Source of the DNA: Zoogloea sp.
GTDB lineage: Bacteria > Pseudomonadota > Gammaproteobacteria > Burkholderiales > Rhodocyclaceae
Direction of reading: 5' to 3'
Length of the DNA stretch: 40,023 nt
NCBI GenBank assembly: GCA_023150125.1
Contig: JAKLLM010000002.1
Span: 1-40,023 of the forward strand
A program made the position numbers and the translations under genes. The notes under the pieces were generated by a model that was given only the letters and a program-made list of their open reading frames with translations, searched no databases and was not told the origin of the DNA. Of the stretch, positions 1 through 9,155 are shown in pieces (the first letter of the stretch is position 1; each line of letters begins with the position of its first letter).

Positions 1-2
1 AG

Positions 3-329
3 GGCGACAAGCGGGTGCTGATCATCGGCGGGAAGGTGATCCCCTACTCGCTGGCGCGCATCCCGATGGCCGGCGAGACCCGCGGCAATCTCGCCGCCGG
101 CGGCCGCGGCGTGGCGATGCCCCTCACCGACGGCGAGCGCGCCATCGCCGAGCACCTGGCGCCGATCCTGTGGCAGCGCGGGCTGCTCATCGTCGGCCTC
201 GACCTGATCGGCGAGCGGCTCACCGAGATCAACGTCACCAGCCCCACCTGCATGGTCGAGATCACCGACCAGACCGGCTTCGACGTGCCCGGCGCGGTCA
301 TCGACACCCTGGAAGAGGTGTGCGCCTGA
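3..329 (+). CDS. gshB: Glutathione synthetase, C-terminal part (5' end outside the window)
   Basis: Frame is open from position 3: GDKRVLII...[16 protein letters not shown] and [17 protein letters not shown], which are GshB ATP-grasp motifs. Confidence 0.95.
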   Translation, partial: GDKRVLIIGGKVIPYSLARIPMAGETRGNLAAGGRGVAMPLTDGERAIAEHLAPILWQRGLLIVGLDLIGERLTEINVTSPTCMVEITDQTGFDVPGAVIDTLEEVCA

Positions 330-1402
330 CCACCCCGGCCGGCGGCCTGCGGGCTGCCGGCGCCCGGCTCCTGGCCGTGCTCGCCCTCGTGGGGCTCCTC
401 GCCGGCTGCGGCCGCGAGCGCCTGCACCAGCAGGAATCCTACGTCTTCGGCACCCGGGTCGAGCTGCTCACCTGGGACGCCTCCGAAGACCGGGCGCGCG
501 GCGCGATGGCCGAGGTGCTGCGCGAATTCGACCGCCTGCACCGGGCCTACCACGCCTGGGAGCCCTCCGAGCTCACCGCCCTCAACACCGCCATCGCCGC
601 TGGCCAGCAGGGCATCCCCGTCTCGCCCGAGCTCGCCGCGATGCTCGCCGACGCCAAACAGATCGCCGCCACCGGCGACCAGCTGTTCAACCCGGCCCTC
701 GGCCAGCTGATCGCCCTGTGGGGCTTCCACACCGACACCTTCACGCCCCACCGGCCCGACCCGGCGCAGCTGGCCGCGCTGGTGGCGGCACGGCCGCAGA
801 TGGCCGACCTGACGATCGCCGGCACCACCGTGACCAGCCGCAACCCGGCCGTCCAGCTCGACCTGGGCGGCTATGGCAAGGGCTACGCGCTCGACCGCGC
901 CGCCGCCATCCTCAAGGCCCACGGTGTCGGCAACGCACTCATCAACATCGGCGGCAACGTGCTGGCGCTGGGCAGCAAGGGCGAGGCGCCGTGGCGGGTC
1001 GGCATCCAGCACCCGCGGGAACCCCGCCCCCTGGCCAGCCTGCCGCTGCGCGACGGCGAAGCGATCGGCACCTCGGGTGACTACCAGCGCTTCTTCGAGA
1101 TGGACGGCGAACGCTACTGCCACCTCCTCGACCCGCGCAGCGGCCGCCCGGCCCGCGGCACCCAGGCCGTCACCGTACTGATCACCCCGCGTCCGACGGG
1201 CAGCACCCCGGCCGGCACCCTGTCGGATGCCGCCAGCAAGCCGGTGTATCTGGGCGGCGAGGCCTGGCGCGACTACGCCCGCCGCTTCGGCATCGAGCAC
1301 GCCCTGCGGGTGGACGCCGCGGGCCGCATCCAGGTCACCCGCCCGCTCCACGACCGCCTGCAGTACGGCGACGGCATCGCCCCGCCCAGCATTGTCGACT
1401 GA
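320..1402 (+). CDS. apbE: FAD:protein FMN transferase (ApbE family lipoprotein)
   Basis: GTG start at 320 overlaps the gshB end. Lipobox LLAGC, then [20 protein letters not shown] and HLLDPRSG motifs. Confidence 0.92.
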   Translation: MRLTTPAGGLRAAGARLLAVLALVGLLAGCGRERLHQQESYVFGTRVELLTWDASEDRARGAMAEVLREFDRLHRAYHAWEPSELTALNTAIAAGQQGIPVSPELAAMLADAKQIAATGDQLFNPALGQLIALWGFHTDTFTPHRPDPAQLAALVAARPQMADLTIAGTTVTSRNPAVQLDLGGYGKGYALDRAAAILKAHGVGNALINIGGNVLALGSKGEAPWRVGIQHPREPRPLASLPLRDGEAIGTSGDYQRFFEMDGERYCHLLDPRSGRPARGTQAVTVLITPRPTGSTPAGTLSDAASKPVYLGGEAWRDYARRFGIEHALRVDAAGRIQVTRPLHDRLQYGDGIAPPSIVD

Positions 1403-1424
1403 GCCCGCGAAGGCGCTTTGCGGC

Positions 1425-1452
1425 TTGCCCCGCTGCCCCCATCGGATAGAAT
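1425..1452 (+). promoter_or_regulatory. Putative sigma70 promoter for the PTS operon
   Basis: TTGCCC (1425-1430), 16-bp spacer, TAGAAT (1447-1452), just upstream of the ATG at 1460. Confidence 0.45.
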
Positions 1453-1459
1453 GGCCGCA

Positions 1460-1843
1460 ATGATCGGCATTCTCCTCATCACCCACGGCACCCTCGGCGA
1501 AGCGCTCGTCCAGTGCGTCAGCCACGTCATGAACCGCCGCCCGGCCCAGCTGATGCAGCTCGGCATCTCGGGCCAGGACGACCCCCTCGACGCCTTGCCC
1601 CTCGCCCGGCGCCTCATCGAGCTGGTGGACAGCGGCAAGGGAGTGCTGATCCTCACCGATATCCTCGGCGCCACACCCGCCAACACCGCCGCCAAGCTCC
1701 TCGAGCCCGGCCGCATCGAGGGCGTCACGGGGGTCAATGTGCCGATGCTGCTGCGCGTGATCACCTACCGCGAACGGGCGATGGAAGTGCTCGTCAAGAA
1801 AGCCGTGGCCGGCGCCTGCGAGGGCGTCGTCCACATGAAATAA
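1460..1843 (+). CDS. PTS mannose/fructose-family EIIA component (PtsM-like)
   Basis: MIGILLITHG with the phospho-His, LTDILGATPAN and GVNVPML; lies upstream of HPr and EI. Alternative ATG at 1451. Confidence 0.92.
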   Translation: MIGILLITHGTLGEALVQCVSHVMNRRPAQLMQLGISGQDDPLDALPLARRLIELVDSGKGVLILTDILGATPANTAAKLLEPGRIEGVTGVNVPMLLRVITYRERAMEVLVKKAVAGACEGVVHMK

Positions 1844-1888
1844 CCCCACGCCAACCCGCCTCCCCTCAAGGACGACAGGAAGAACAAC

Positions 1889-2158
1889 ATGCCCCGCCAG
1901 GAAGCCGCCATCGTCAACAAGCTGGGCCTGCACGCCCGCGCCTCCGCCAAGCTCACCCAGACCGCCAGCGCCTACGCCTGCAACGTGTGGCTCGAGCGCA
2001 ACGGCAAGCGCGTCAACGCCAAGAGCATCATGGGCGTCATGATGCTCGCCGCCGCCAAGGGCAGCACCATCGTCATCGACACCGACGGCAGCGACGCCGA
2101 CGCCGCGATGGCCGCCCTCCAGGCCCTCATCGCCGACAAGTTCGGCGAAGGGGAATAG
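1889..2158 (+). CDS. ptsH: Phosphocarrier protein HPr
   Basis: GLHARASAK (His15) and NAKSIMGVMML (Ser46); 89 aa. Confidence 0.96.
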   Translation: MPRQEAAIVNKLGLHARASAKLTQTASAYACNVWLERNGKRVNAKSIMGVMMLAAAKGSTIVIDTDGSDADAAMAALQALIADKFGEGE

Positions 2159-2161
2159 GGC

Positions 2162-2257
2162 GGGAGGTAGGAAATGGGAAGTGGGAAATGGGGGGGTGAT
2201 ACCCGCCCAGCCCGCGGCCCCAGCCCCCACTGCCCACTACCCACTACCTACTCCCCA
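2162..2257. repeat. Imperfect inverted repeat built from tandem heptamers (GAAATGG/GAAGTGG versus CCCACTA/CCCACTG)
   Basis: Left arm gggaggtaggaaatgggaagtgggaaatggggg and right arm cccccactgcccactacccactacctactccc are near reverse complements with a 7-nt period. Confidence 0.7.
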
Positions 2258-2264
2258 TAAAGCC

Positions 2265-3871
2265 ATGAGCTTCACCGTCCACGGTCTCGCCGTCTCCCAG
2301 GGCATCGCCATCGGCCACGCCCATCTGGTTTCGCATCCTCCGGCGCCGGCACCGCACCCTCCGAGGTGGACGCCTTCGTGGGCATGCACATCATGTTCCT
2401 CGAAGACCCGATGCTCGTCGGGGCCGCCGAACACCTCATCCGCACCCGCCGCGCCAACGCCGAGTGGGCGCTGGTGCAGCAGATGGAGCTGCTGGTCGAG
2501 CAGTTCGAGGCCATCGAGGACGCCTACCTGCGGGAGCGCAAGGCCGACGTGGTGCAGGTGGTCGAGCGGGTCGTCAAGGTGCTGCTGGGCCACCCGGGCC
2601 ACCTGCCGCCCAAGCGCAAGGACGGGCTGGGCACCATCATCGTCGCCCACGACCTCTCCCCCACCGACACCATCGGCTTCAAGGACCACGCGGTGGCCGG
2701 CTTCATCACCGACGTGGGCGGCCCCACCGGCCACACCGCGATCGTCGCCCGCAGCCTGTCGATCCCGGCGGTGGTGGCGCTGCGCCACATCCGCCACGTG
2801 GTGAAGGACGACGAGCTGGTCATCATCGACGGCACCCGCGGCGTCGTGATCGTCGATCCGGACGAGCGGGTGCTCGAGGAATACCGCCTGCGCAAGGCGG
2901 CCGTCGAGCTCGAACGCTCGCGCCTCAAGCGCCTCAAGTCGATGCCCGCCGCCACCCTCGACGGCGAGCCGGTGCAGATCCTCGCCAACATCGAGCTGCC
3001 TCCCGACGCCATCCAGGCCAAGGGCGTCGAGGCCGACGGCGTCGGCCTGTTCCGCACCGAGTTCCTCTTCATGAGCCGCGACACCTGGCCCAACGAGGAC
3101 GAGCAGTTCGAGGCCTACAAGGCGGTGGTCAAGACCATGGCCGGCAAGCCGGTCACCGTGCGCACCCTCGACATCGGCGCCGACAAGGAGCTCGAAGGCG
3201 CCACCCGCCAGGAGGACAACCCGGCCCTCGGCCTGCGCGCGATCCGCTTCTGCCTCGCCGAGCCCAAGATGTTCCTCACCCAGCTGCGGGCGCTCCTGCG
3301 GGCCAGCCAGTTCGGCAAGCTCAAGATCCTGATCCCGATGCTCGCCAGCAGCCACGAGATCGACCAGACCCTGGTCCTGCTCGACAAGGCCAAGGCCCAG
3401 CTGCGCGAGCGCAAGATCAAGTTCGACGAGGCCGTCGAGGTCGGCGGCATGATCGAAGTCCCCGCCGCGGCCCTGTGCCTGGGCGCGTTCACGCGCAAGC
3501 TGCAGTTCCTGTCGATCGGCACCAACGACCTCATCCAGTACACCCTCGCCATCGACCGCGGCAACGAGGCCGTCGCCCACCTCTACAACCCGCTCCACCC
3601 GGCCGTGCTGCGGCTGATCCACCAGACCATCCAGACCGGCCTCAAGGCCGGCGTCCCGGTGTCGGTGTGCGGCGAGATGGCCGGCGACCCCGAGTGCACG
3701 CGGCTCCTCATCGGCATGGGGCTGCGCCAGTTCTCGATGCACCCGGCGCAGATCCTCGAGGTCAAGCAGTCCATCCTGCGCGCCGACGCCGCCGACCTGG
3801 CCCCCAAGGTGCAGCGCCTGCTCAAGCTCGACGAACCCGACCGGGTCCGCGAGGCCGTCGAGAAACTCTAG
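2265..3871 (+). pseudogene. ptsI: PTS enzyme I (PEP-protein phosphotransferase), frameshifted with an internal deletion near 2336 (real lesion or assembly error)
   Basis: The N-terminus MSFTVHGLAVSQGIAIGHAHLVSH (ATG 2265) is in a different frame from the body (HIMFLEDP, GGPTGH phospho-His, GLFRTEFL, SIGTNDLIQY, VCGEMAG). The body frame has TAA at 2258 and no upstream start. About 35-40 aa are missing relative to typical EI. Confidence 0.85.
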
Positions 3872-3888
3872 CGCCGCGGCCGGGCGGT

Positions 3889-3917
3889 TTGACTTGGCCC
3901 GGCCTGCGCGCTAATCT
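3889..3917 (+). promoter_or_regulatory. sigma70 promoter of metXW
   Basis: TTGACT (3889-3894), 17-bp spacer, TAATCT (3912-3917). The predicted +1 falls at the start of the riboswitch. Confidence 0.75.
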
Positions 3918-3924
3918 TTGCTTC

Positions 3925-3978
3925 AGCGCCGATTTGAACCCTTCAGCTTGCGGGCGCTTAAAAAATGCGGCTAAAGCG
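3925..3978 (+). ncRNA. SAM-II riboswitch aptamer
   Basis: P1 AGCGCC/GGCGCT, conserved GATTTGAAC loop, and pseudoknot CTTCAGCTTGC pairing with AAATGCGGCTAAAG; directly upstream of metX. Confidence 0.88.
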
Positions 3979-3983
3979 ACGGC

Positions 3984-4020
3984 AGCCCAGTTCGCGACCG
4001 TTCGCCAGCTGGGTTTTTTC
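3984..4020 (+). terminator. Intrinsic terminator-like hairpin (possible riboswitch expression platform)
   Basis: agcccagtt.gcga-ccgt-tcgc.agctgggtt followed by a T-run, between the aptamer and the metX ATG. Confidence 0.65.
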
Positions 4021-4040
4021 GTTTTGGGGACGAAACACGA

Positions 4041-5183
4041 ATGCACGCACACGCACAATGCGCCGCCGAATCCGTCGGGGTGGTCGAGCCCCGGCAGGCC
4101 CACTTCGACGCGCCGCTGCCCCTCAAGAGCGGCGGCGTCCTCCCGGCCTACGACCTGGTCTATGAAACCTACGGCACCCTCAACGCCGCGCGCAGCAACG
4201 CGGTGCTGGTGTGCCACGCGCTGTCCGGCTCCCACCACGTGGCCGGCACCTACGCGGACAAGAAGAATTCCGAAGGCTGGTGGGACAACCTGGTCGGCCC
4301 CGGCAAGCCCCTCGACACCCGCAAGTTCTTCGTCATCGGGGTGAACAACCTGGGCGGCTGCTACGGCAGCACCGGCCCCAACAGCATCAACCCGGCCACC
4401 GGCAAGCCGTGGGGCGCCGACTTCCCCTTCGTCACCGTCGAGGACTGGGTGGACGCCCAGGCGCGGCTGGCCGACCGGCTCGGCATCCAGCGCTTCGCGG
4501 CGGTGGTCGGCGGCAGCCTCGGCGGCATGCAGGCGCTGTCGTGGACCCTGCAGTACCCCGACCGCGTGGCCCATGCGCTGGTGATCGCCTCGGCACCCAA
4601 GCTCACCGCCCAGAACATCGCCTTCAACGAAGTCGCCCGCCAGGCCATCCTGAAAGACCCCGAGTTCCATGGCGGCCACTACTACGAGCACGGCGTGGTG
4701 CCCACCCGCGGCCTCGCGCTGGCGCGCATGGTGGGGCACATCACCTACCTGTCCGACGACTCGATGGACCAGAAATTCGGCCGCAGCCTGCGCCACGACA
4801 AGCCGGTGTTCAGCTACGACGTGGAGTTCGAGATCGAGTCCTACCTGCGCTACCAGGGCGACAAGTTCGCCGGCTACTTCGACGCCAACACCTACCTGCT
4901 CACGACCAAGGCGCTGGATTACTATGATCCGGCCTTCGACTACGACGGCGACCTGGTGGCCGCCCTCGGCCGCGCCAAGGCCGACTACCTGGTGGTGTCC
5001 TTCACCACCGACTGGCGCTTCGCCCCGTCGCGCAGCCGCGAGATCGTCTATGCGCTGATGCACAGCGACCGCCGGGTGAGCTACGCCGAGATCGACTGCC
5101 CCGCCGGCCACGACTCCTTCCTTCTCGACGACCCCCAGTACCACGCGGTGCTGCGGGCCTACATCGACAACATCGAGGTCTGA
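4041..5183 (+). CDS. metX: Homoserine O-acyltransferase (MetX family; acetyl versus succinyl specificity not determined)
   Basis: [17 protein letters not shown], nucleophile GGSLGG, TTDWRF and GHDSFLL; next to a SAM-II riboswitch and metW. Confidence 0.96.
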   Translation: MHAHAQCAAESVGVVEPRQAHFDAPLPLKSGGVLPAYDLVYETYGTLNAARSNAVLVCHALSGSHHVAGTYADKKNSEGWWDNLVGPGKPLDTRKFFVIGVNNLGGCYGSTGPNSINPATGKPWGADFPFVTVEDWVDAQARLADRLGIQRFAAVVGGSLGGMQALSWTLQYPDRVAHALVIASAPKLTAQNIAFNEVARQAILKDPEFHGGHYYEHGVVPTRGLALARMVGHITYLSDDSMDQKFGRSLRHDKPVFSYDVEFEIESYLRYQGDKFAGYFDANTYLLTTKALDYYDPAFDYDGDLVAALGRAKADYLVVSFTTDWRFAPSRSREIVYALMHSDRRVSYAEIDCPAGHDSFLLDDPQYHAVLRAYIDNIEV

Positions 5184-5185
5184 GC

Positions 5186-5779
5186 ATGAGCTACCAACGC
5201 TACGACTACGACGTGATCGCCAACTGGATCGAGCCCGGCGAGCGGGTGCTCGACCTCGGCTGCGGCGACGGCAGCCTGCTGCGCCACCTCACCCAGGTGC
5301 GCCAGGTGCGCGGCTACGGCGTCGAGAACGACCCCGAGCGCATCGTCGCCTGCGCCCGCAACGGCATCAACGTGATCCAGATCGACATGGAGCAGGGCCT
5401 CGCCGGCTTCGACGACGGTTTCTTCGACCACGTCATCATGAGCCTCTCGCTGCAGGCCATGCGCAACACCCAGGGCATCCTGGCCGAGATGCTGCGGGTC
5501 GGCCGCGAGGCGGTGGTCAGCTTCCCCAACTTCGCCTACTGGCGCCACCGCCAGGCCATCCTCAACGGGCGCATGCCGGTCTCGAAGAACCTGCCCTACC
5601 AGTGGTACGACACGCCCAACGTGCGCTTCTTCACCATCGCCGACTTCGACGCCCTGTGCGCACAAGAGGGCATCCTGATCCGCGAGCGCCTCGCCTTCGA
5701 CGAGGACAAGGTGATCGTCGACGAACCCAACTTCCTCGCCAGCGTCGCCCTCTACCGGCTCGGCCGGGCCGGCGGCTGA
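5186..5779 (+). CDS. metW: Methionine biosynthesis protein MetW
   Basis: VLDLGCGDG SAM-binding motif, VSFPNF and LPYQWYDTPN; follows metX. Confidence 0.95.
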   Translation: MSYQRYDYDVIANWIEPGERVLDLGCGDGSLLRHLTQVRQVRGYGVENDPERIVACARNGINVIQIDMEQGLAGFDDGFFDHVIMSLSLQAMRNTQGILAEMLRVGREAVVSFPNFAYWRHRQAILNGRMPVSKNLPYQWYDTPNVRFFTIADFDALCAQEGILIRERLAFDEDKVIVDEPNFLASVALYRLGRAGG

Positions 5780-5826
5780 CGCGGGCCTCGCCCACGCAAC
5801 GCATTCGCAGCACCCCGGAGACAGTC

Positions 5827-6675
5827 ATGCCCACCCCGCAGCCCGGCATCCTCGCGCCCCTGCCCCCCCACGCCCGTTACCTCGTCTTCAGCCTCGAACC
5901 CGACACCGACGCCCGTGCCGGCCTCGCCGCGCTGCGGGATCTCGTCGATGGCGAACACATCGTCGCCGGCCTCGGCCAGGCGCCGCTGTCGGCCATCGGC
6001 CGCAAGGTGCCCGGCCTCAAGCCCTTCCCGCCCCTGGCCGGCCCGGGCGTGGACATCCCCTCGACGCCCGCCGCCCTGTGGCTGTGGCTGCGCGGCAGCG
6101 ACCGCGGCGAACTGCTGCTGCAGAGCCGCCGGGTCGAGCACGCCCTCGCCCCCGCCTTCCGCCTGCTTGAAGCCTGGGACGCCTTCAAGCACGGCAGCGG
6201 CCGCGACCTCACCGGCTATGAAGACGGCACCGAGAACCCGGAGGGCGACGAAGCCGTCGCCGCCGCCATCGCCGCCGACGGCTCCAGCCTCGTCGCCGTG
6301 CAGCGCTGGGTGCACAACTTCGGCCGTTTCGAAGCCATGCAGCCCGAAGAGCGCGACGACTGCATCGGCCGTCGCCGCAGCGACAACGAAGAGCTCGACG
6401 ACGCCCCCGAATCGGCCCACGTCAAGCGCACCGCCCAGGAGAGCTTCAGCCCCGAAGCCTTCGTGGTACGCCGCTCGATGCCCTGGAACGCCGGCCCCGA
6501 CGCGGGCCTGATGTTCGTCGCCTTCGGCCACACCACCGACGCCTTCCAGGCCCAGCTGCGCCGCATGGTGGGGCTGGAGGACGGCATCGTCGACGCGCTG
6601 TTCCGCTTCACCCGGCCGGTGTCGGGGGCATACTTCTGGTGCCCGCCGCTCGAAGGCGGGCGGCTGAAGATCTGA
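5827..6675 (+). CDS. Dyp-type heme peroxidase
   Basis: Start MPTPQPGIL at 5827; RDLTGYEDGTENP (GXXDG), proximal His in SAHVKR, and RRSMPW. Confidence 0.9.
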   Translation: MPTPQPGILAPLPPHARYLVFSLEPDTDARAGLAALRDLVDGEHIVAGLGQAPLSAIGRKVPGLKPFPPLAGPGVDIPSTPAALWLWLRGSDRGELLLQSRRVEHALAPAFRLLEAWDAFKHGSGRDLTGYEDGTENPEGDEAVAAAIAADGSSLVAVQRWVHNFGRFEAMQPEERDDCIGRRRSDNEELDDAPESAHVKRTAQESFSPEAFVVRRSMPWNAGPDAGLMFVAFGHTTDAFQAQLRRMVGLEDGIVDALFRFTRPVSGAYFWCPPLEGGRLKI

Positions 6676-6763
6676 CCCACCGCACCAGGCAAGGCCGCTG
6701 CTGCCTCCCCGGGCGCGCGGCCGATGGGCCCCGCCCACCACGACACGCGCCGACACCACGACC

Positions 6764-7243
6764 ATGAGCGCCCCCGCAAGCCCTCCGGACACACCCCCGC
6801 CGGCCGAATGGCAGCTGTGGTTCGACGGCTCGGCCCAGCCAAACCCGGGCCGGCTGGGCCTCGGCGCGGTGCTGCTCGGGCCCCTCGGGCAGCGCCACGA
6901 CTACTCGGCCCAGGCGCCGGGCAACGGCTGCAACAACGAAGCCGAGCTGCTGGCCCTCGGCAAGGCCCTGGAGCTGGCCCGGGAAGCCGGCGCACGGCAT
7001 CTGGTGCTGCGGGGCGACAGCGATTTCGCGGTGCGCCACCTGCGCGGCGAGGCGGTGACACAGGTGGCCCGACTGAAGGTGCTGATCGCCAGTATCCGCG
7101 GGCAGCTCGACGGCTTTGCCTCCACCCGCCTCGAATGGGTGCCGCGCCACCGCAACCCGGACGCCGACCGCCTCTCCCGCGCCGCCCTCGGCCTGCCGGA
7201 CAAGCCGGCCGCGTGGCCGGGCACCAAGAAGCGGCGGCGCTAG
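6764..7243 (+). CDS. Ribonuclease HI-family protein
   Basis: WFDGSAQPNPG, NNEAE, GDSD and WVPRHRNPDAD give the D-E-D-D catalytic set. Confidence 0.88.
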   Translation: MSAPASPPDTPPPAEWQLWFDGSAQPNPGRLGLGAVLLGPLGQRHDYSAQAPGNGCNNEAELLALGKALELAREAGARHLVLRGDSDFAVRHLRGEAVTQVARLKVLIASIRGQLDGFASTRLEWVPRHRNPDADRLSRAALGLPDKPAAWPGTKKRRR

Positions 7244-7256
7244 GAACCCATCGCCC

Positions 7257-7781
7257 TCAGCCCCCGCGCGCCTCCAGCAGCCGCGCCGCCACCAGCCCAT
7301 TGACCAGCCCGAAGACCGTCGCCGCCAGTGCGAAGACCGGCACCAGGTAGAACACCCCGTCGTGGGGCACCAGCCAGATGCGCGCCACCACCAGCTGACC
7401 GGCGAAGTGGGCAAAGGCCGCCAGCACGCTATGGCTCACCGGGCCGAAGACACGCCGCGGCAGATGCATGGAAACGCCCAGCGCCACCAGGCTGGCCAGC
7501 CCGCCGGCCAGGCTCAGGAAGAAGCCCGGCGCCAGGAACTGCCCCAGCACCAGGCTGCCCACGATCACCCGCAACAGCGCCACCCAGGCCGCCTCGCGCC
7601 AGCCCCAGCGGGCCAGCACGACGAGGGTGACGATGTTGGCGAGGCCGGGCTTGACCCCCGGCAGGGGCAGCGGGATGGCCGCCTCGGCCACCGTCAGCAC
7701 GATGGCCGCCGCCGCATGCCGCGCGATCCGGTGATCGTCGGCGGTGGGGCGGAGTTCGATCTCAGTAGCTGAGGGAGTCAT
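7257..7781 (-). CDS. Gx transporter family membrane protein (often annotated heptaprenyl diphosphate synthase component I)
   Basis: EAAIPLPLPGVKPGLANIV signature, LLRVIVGSL and multiple hydrophobic helices; ATG at 7781. Confidence 0.85.
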   Translation of the reverse strand: MTPSATEIELRPTADDHRIARHAAAAIVLTVAEAAIPLPLPGVKPGLANIVTLVVLARWGWREAAWVALLRVIVGSLVLGQFLAPGFFLSLAGGLASLVALGVSMHLPRRVFGPVSHSVLAAFAHFAGQLVVARIWLVPHDGVFYLVPVFALAATVFGLVNGLVAARLLEARGG

Positions 7782-8169
7782 AGTCGGCGTTACGCCCCGC
7801 CAGCGCGAGGCTGACCTGGTTGGGCGCGCAGATGGCCACCGCACCGGCCGTCGCCAGCCAGCCCTGGCGCACGCAGTACTGGCGCGGCCCGGGGTCGGCG
7901 GCCACGCGGGCGCGGCCGGGCTGGATCTCGATGCGGGTGCGGCCCAGCGGCCCCGGCACCTCGACGATGCGCGGCGCACTGAGGTCGACCTCCAGAAAGA
8001 CCTTGCCGCCGGCCCGGATGACGGCCTTGTCCGGCCGCCCACCCTGCCACAGGCCCAGCGCCGAGGCGATGCACACCCCAACAGCCAGCGCCAGCACCAG
8101 CAGGTCGCCGGCCCTCAGGTGACGCGCCCAGGCCGCCAGCCAGGCACGCAGGGCCGGCCCGCGGCTCAC
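7762..8169 (-). CDS. NusG domain II-containing membrane-anchored protein
   Basis: N-terminal TM (GDLLVLALAVG), GPLG, PGPRQYCVRQGW and ICAPNQV; the GTG start overlaps the rapZ TGA (GTGA). Confidence 0.82.
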   Translation of the reverse strand: MSRGPALRAWLAAWARHLRAGDLLVLALAVGVCIASALGLWQGGRPDKAVIRAGGKVFLEVDLSAPRIVEVPGPLGRTRIEIQPGRARVAADPGPRQYCVRQGWLATAGAVAICAPNQVSLALAGRNADYDSLSY

Positions 8170-9005
8170 TTGAAGGAGCGGTGCCGCACCAGGATGCGGG
8201 CCGAATCGCGCAGCCGCTCGGCCAGCTGTTCGGCGATGTACACCGAGCGGTGCTGGCCGCCGGTGCAGCCGATGGCCACCGTGAGATAGCTGCGGTTGTC
8301 GTTGACGTAAGACGGCAGCCAGGAGGCGACGAAGGCGTAGATGTCGCCGACCATCCGGCCGACCTCGGGCACCCGCTCGAGAAAATCGATGACCGGCTGG
8401 TCGCGCCCGGTGAGCGGCCGCAGCACCGGGTCGTAGTGTGGGTTGGGCAGGCAGCGTACGTCGAAGACGAGGTCGGCATCCACCGGAATGCCGTACTTGA
8501 AGCCGAAGGATTCGAACAGCAGCGTGATCTGGCTGCCCGCCTCGAGGTTCATGAAGCTCTTCACCCAGTTGCGCAGGGTGTTGGCCGACAGGTCGCTGGT
8601 GTCGATGCGATGGCCGAGCTCGGCCACCAGTGCGAGGGCCTCGCGCTCGCGGGCGATGGCCTCGGCGAGGGTCAGGCTGTCGTCGCCCAGCGGGTGCTTG
8701 CGGCGGGTTTCGGAGAAGCGCGCGATGAGCGTGTCGTCGCGGGCATCGAGGAACAGGAAGCGCACGTCGCGCACCATGCTGCGCAGGGTTTCGAGCTGCC
8801 GCGGGAGCGCCGCGATGCCGCTGCCCGAGCGCACGTCGATGGCCACCGCGATGCGCTGGTAGCCAGCCCCGCGCAGGTGGGTGACGAGCTGGGGCAGGAG
8901 GGCCGACGGCAGGTTGTCGACCACGTAGTGCCCGGAATCCTCCATGACGTTGAGCGCAACGCTCTTGCCGGAGCCGGACAGGCCGCTGATGATGACGAGT
9001 TGCAT
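8166..9005 (-). CDS. rapZ: RNase adapter protein RapZ (YhbJ)
   Basis: MQLVIISGLSGSGKS P-loop, DNLP, RFSETRR.HPL, SFGFKYG, FDVRCLPNP and IGCTGGQHRSV. Confidence 0.96.
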   Translation of the reverse strand: MQLVIISGLSGSGKSVALNVMEDSGHYVVDNLPSALLPQLVTHLRGAGYQRIAVAIDVRSGSGIAALPRQLETLRSMVRDVRFLFLDARDDTLIARFSETRRKHPLGDDSLTLAEAIAREREALALVAELGHRIDTSDLSANTLRNWVKSFMNLEAGSQITLLFESFGFKYGIPVDADLVFDVRCLPNPHYDPVLRPLTGRDQPVIDFLERVPEVGRMVGDIYAFVASWLPSYVNDNRSYLTVAIGCTGGQHRSVYIAEQLAERLRDSARILVRHRSFK

Positions 9006-9155
9006 GACTAAGCTGTTTCCGGGAAGACGACCGGTCTGAAGGTGCCAGTCTGTCGGGCGTTTGCGACACGAGATGCAGCCCACGCCGCAACAGGATAAAC
9101 AATGTGGGCGCCCGCGCTACCGCGAAGCGCCACAAAAACTCACGCAAACGTGACT

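Noticed and set aside
2320-2345. Programmed ribosomal frameshift in ptsI
   Set aside because: No X XXY YYZ slippery heptamer, and a frameshift alone would not restore the missing ~35-40 residues.
6620-6675. Encapsulin cargo-loading peptide on the DyP peroxidase
   Set aside because: The protein ends at CPPLEGGRLKI with no extended tail or GSLxIGSL-type motif, and no encapsulin gene is adjacent.
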